From Nitriliruptorales bacterium (lineage in GTDB: Bacteria > Actinomycetota > Nitriliruptoria > Euzebyales > Egibacteraceae): 58,314 bases of DNA. Shown piece after piece: positions 58,169 through 58,314 of this stretch. The DNA is taken from the NCBI GenBank assembly GCA_009379795.1, contig WHTC01000001.1, positions 1-58,314 of the forward strand, read 5' to 3'. The notes below the pieces were generated by a model. It did no database searches. It worked only from the letters and a program-made list of their open reading frames with translations, and was not told where the DNA came from. The translations under genes and the position numbers were made by a program. The stretch's first letter is position 1, and each line of letters starts with the position of its first letter.

Positions 58169-58314
58169 ATCAAGCTGCCCGATCGATCGGTGCGAGCCGG
58201 ACGAAGGCCCGCAGGGACTCCTGCAGCGCCGCGCCAGCCCGCTCACCGTCGCTGCGCGTGCCGGAGGACGCGTCCACTGGCGTGGCCAGTTGGAGTTCGA
58301 CGGCGTCGACGACC
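58169..58314 (-). CDS. 3' end of a gene running off the window (possibly the second MerR-type regulator of this conserved block)
   Basis: The minus-strand frame stays open from the window edge to a TGA at 58169-58171 (..ELQLATPVDASSG....LQESLRAFVRLAPIDRAA). Identity is inferred only from synteny with the MerR / nuclease / MerR arrangement. Confidence 0.3.

Overview
High-GC (about 70%) actinobacterial chromosomal window, almost fully coding and mostly core metabolism. In order: acyl-CoA ligase coupled to a Liv-type ABC importer; glgC-glgA; quinone oxidoreductase, CDF transporter and an aromatic-amino-acid-decarboxylase-like gene; a CNNM/CorC protein; serC; an MFS transporter. Then a slightly lower-GC islet (ACC-deaminase/D-Cys desulfhydrase, an unusual HTH protein, a small divergent ORF). 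After it: a KAS-FabD-FabG-PlsC operon with no ACP; ABC-2 exporter; ctaA-ctaB; tkt-tal followed by an RHH/MazF toxin-antitoxin pair; nitroreductase; parC/parE-like type IIA topoisomerase genes; dapE-dapD-dapC; a group-2-like sigma factor; 5'-3' exonuclease; SDR-LigC; TetR, HAD hydrolase and acyl-ACP desaturase; gpmA; a dehydratase; pepA; split gcvPA/gcvPB; and the conserved MerR / bifunctional-nuclease / MerR block. No rRNA, tRNA, CRISPR array or transposase was seen. The most interesting signals are: (1) a structured ~180-bp intergenic element, made of two tandem 62-bp units with nested palindromes, present twice in inverted orientation, each upstream of and co-oriented with a gene; (2) the lower-GC islet, whose XRE-like regulator carries an uncharacterised C-terminal domain; (3) four decayed genes (DUF983, PPOX-like, NSS/MetP-like, DJ-1/PfpI-like), including a gutted metP beside an intact 37-aa metS-like ORF that the ORF track missed; (4) an ACP-less fatty-acid-synthase-like operon ending in an acyltransferase; (5) paired palindromes upstream of the desaturase gene. 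All functional calls come from reading motifs in the translations. No database search was possible.
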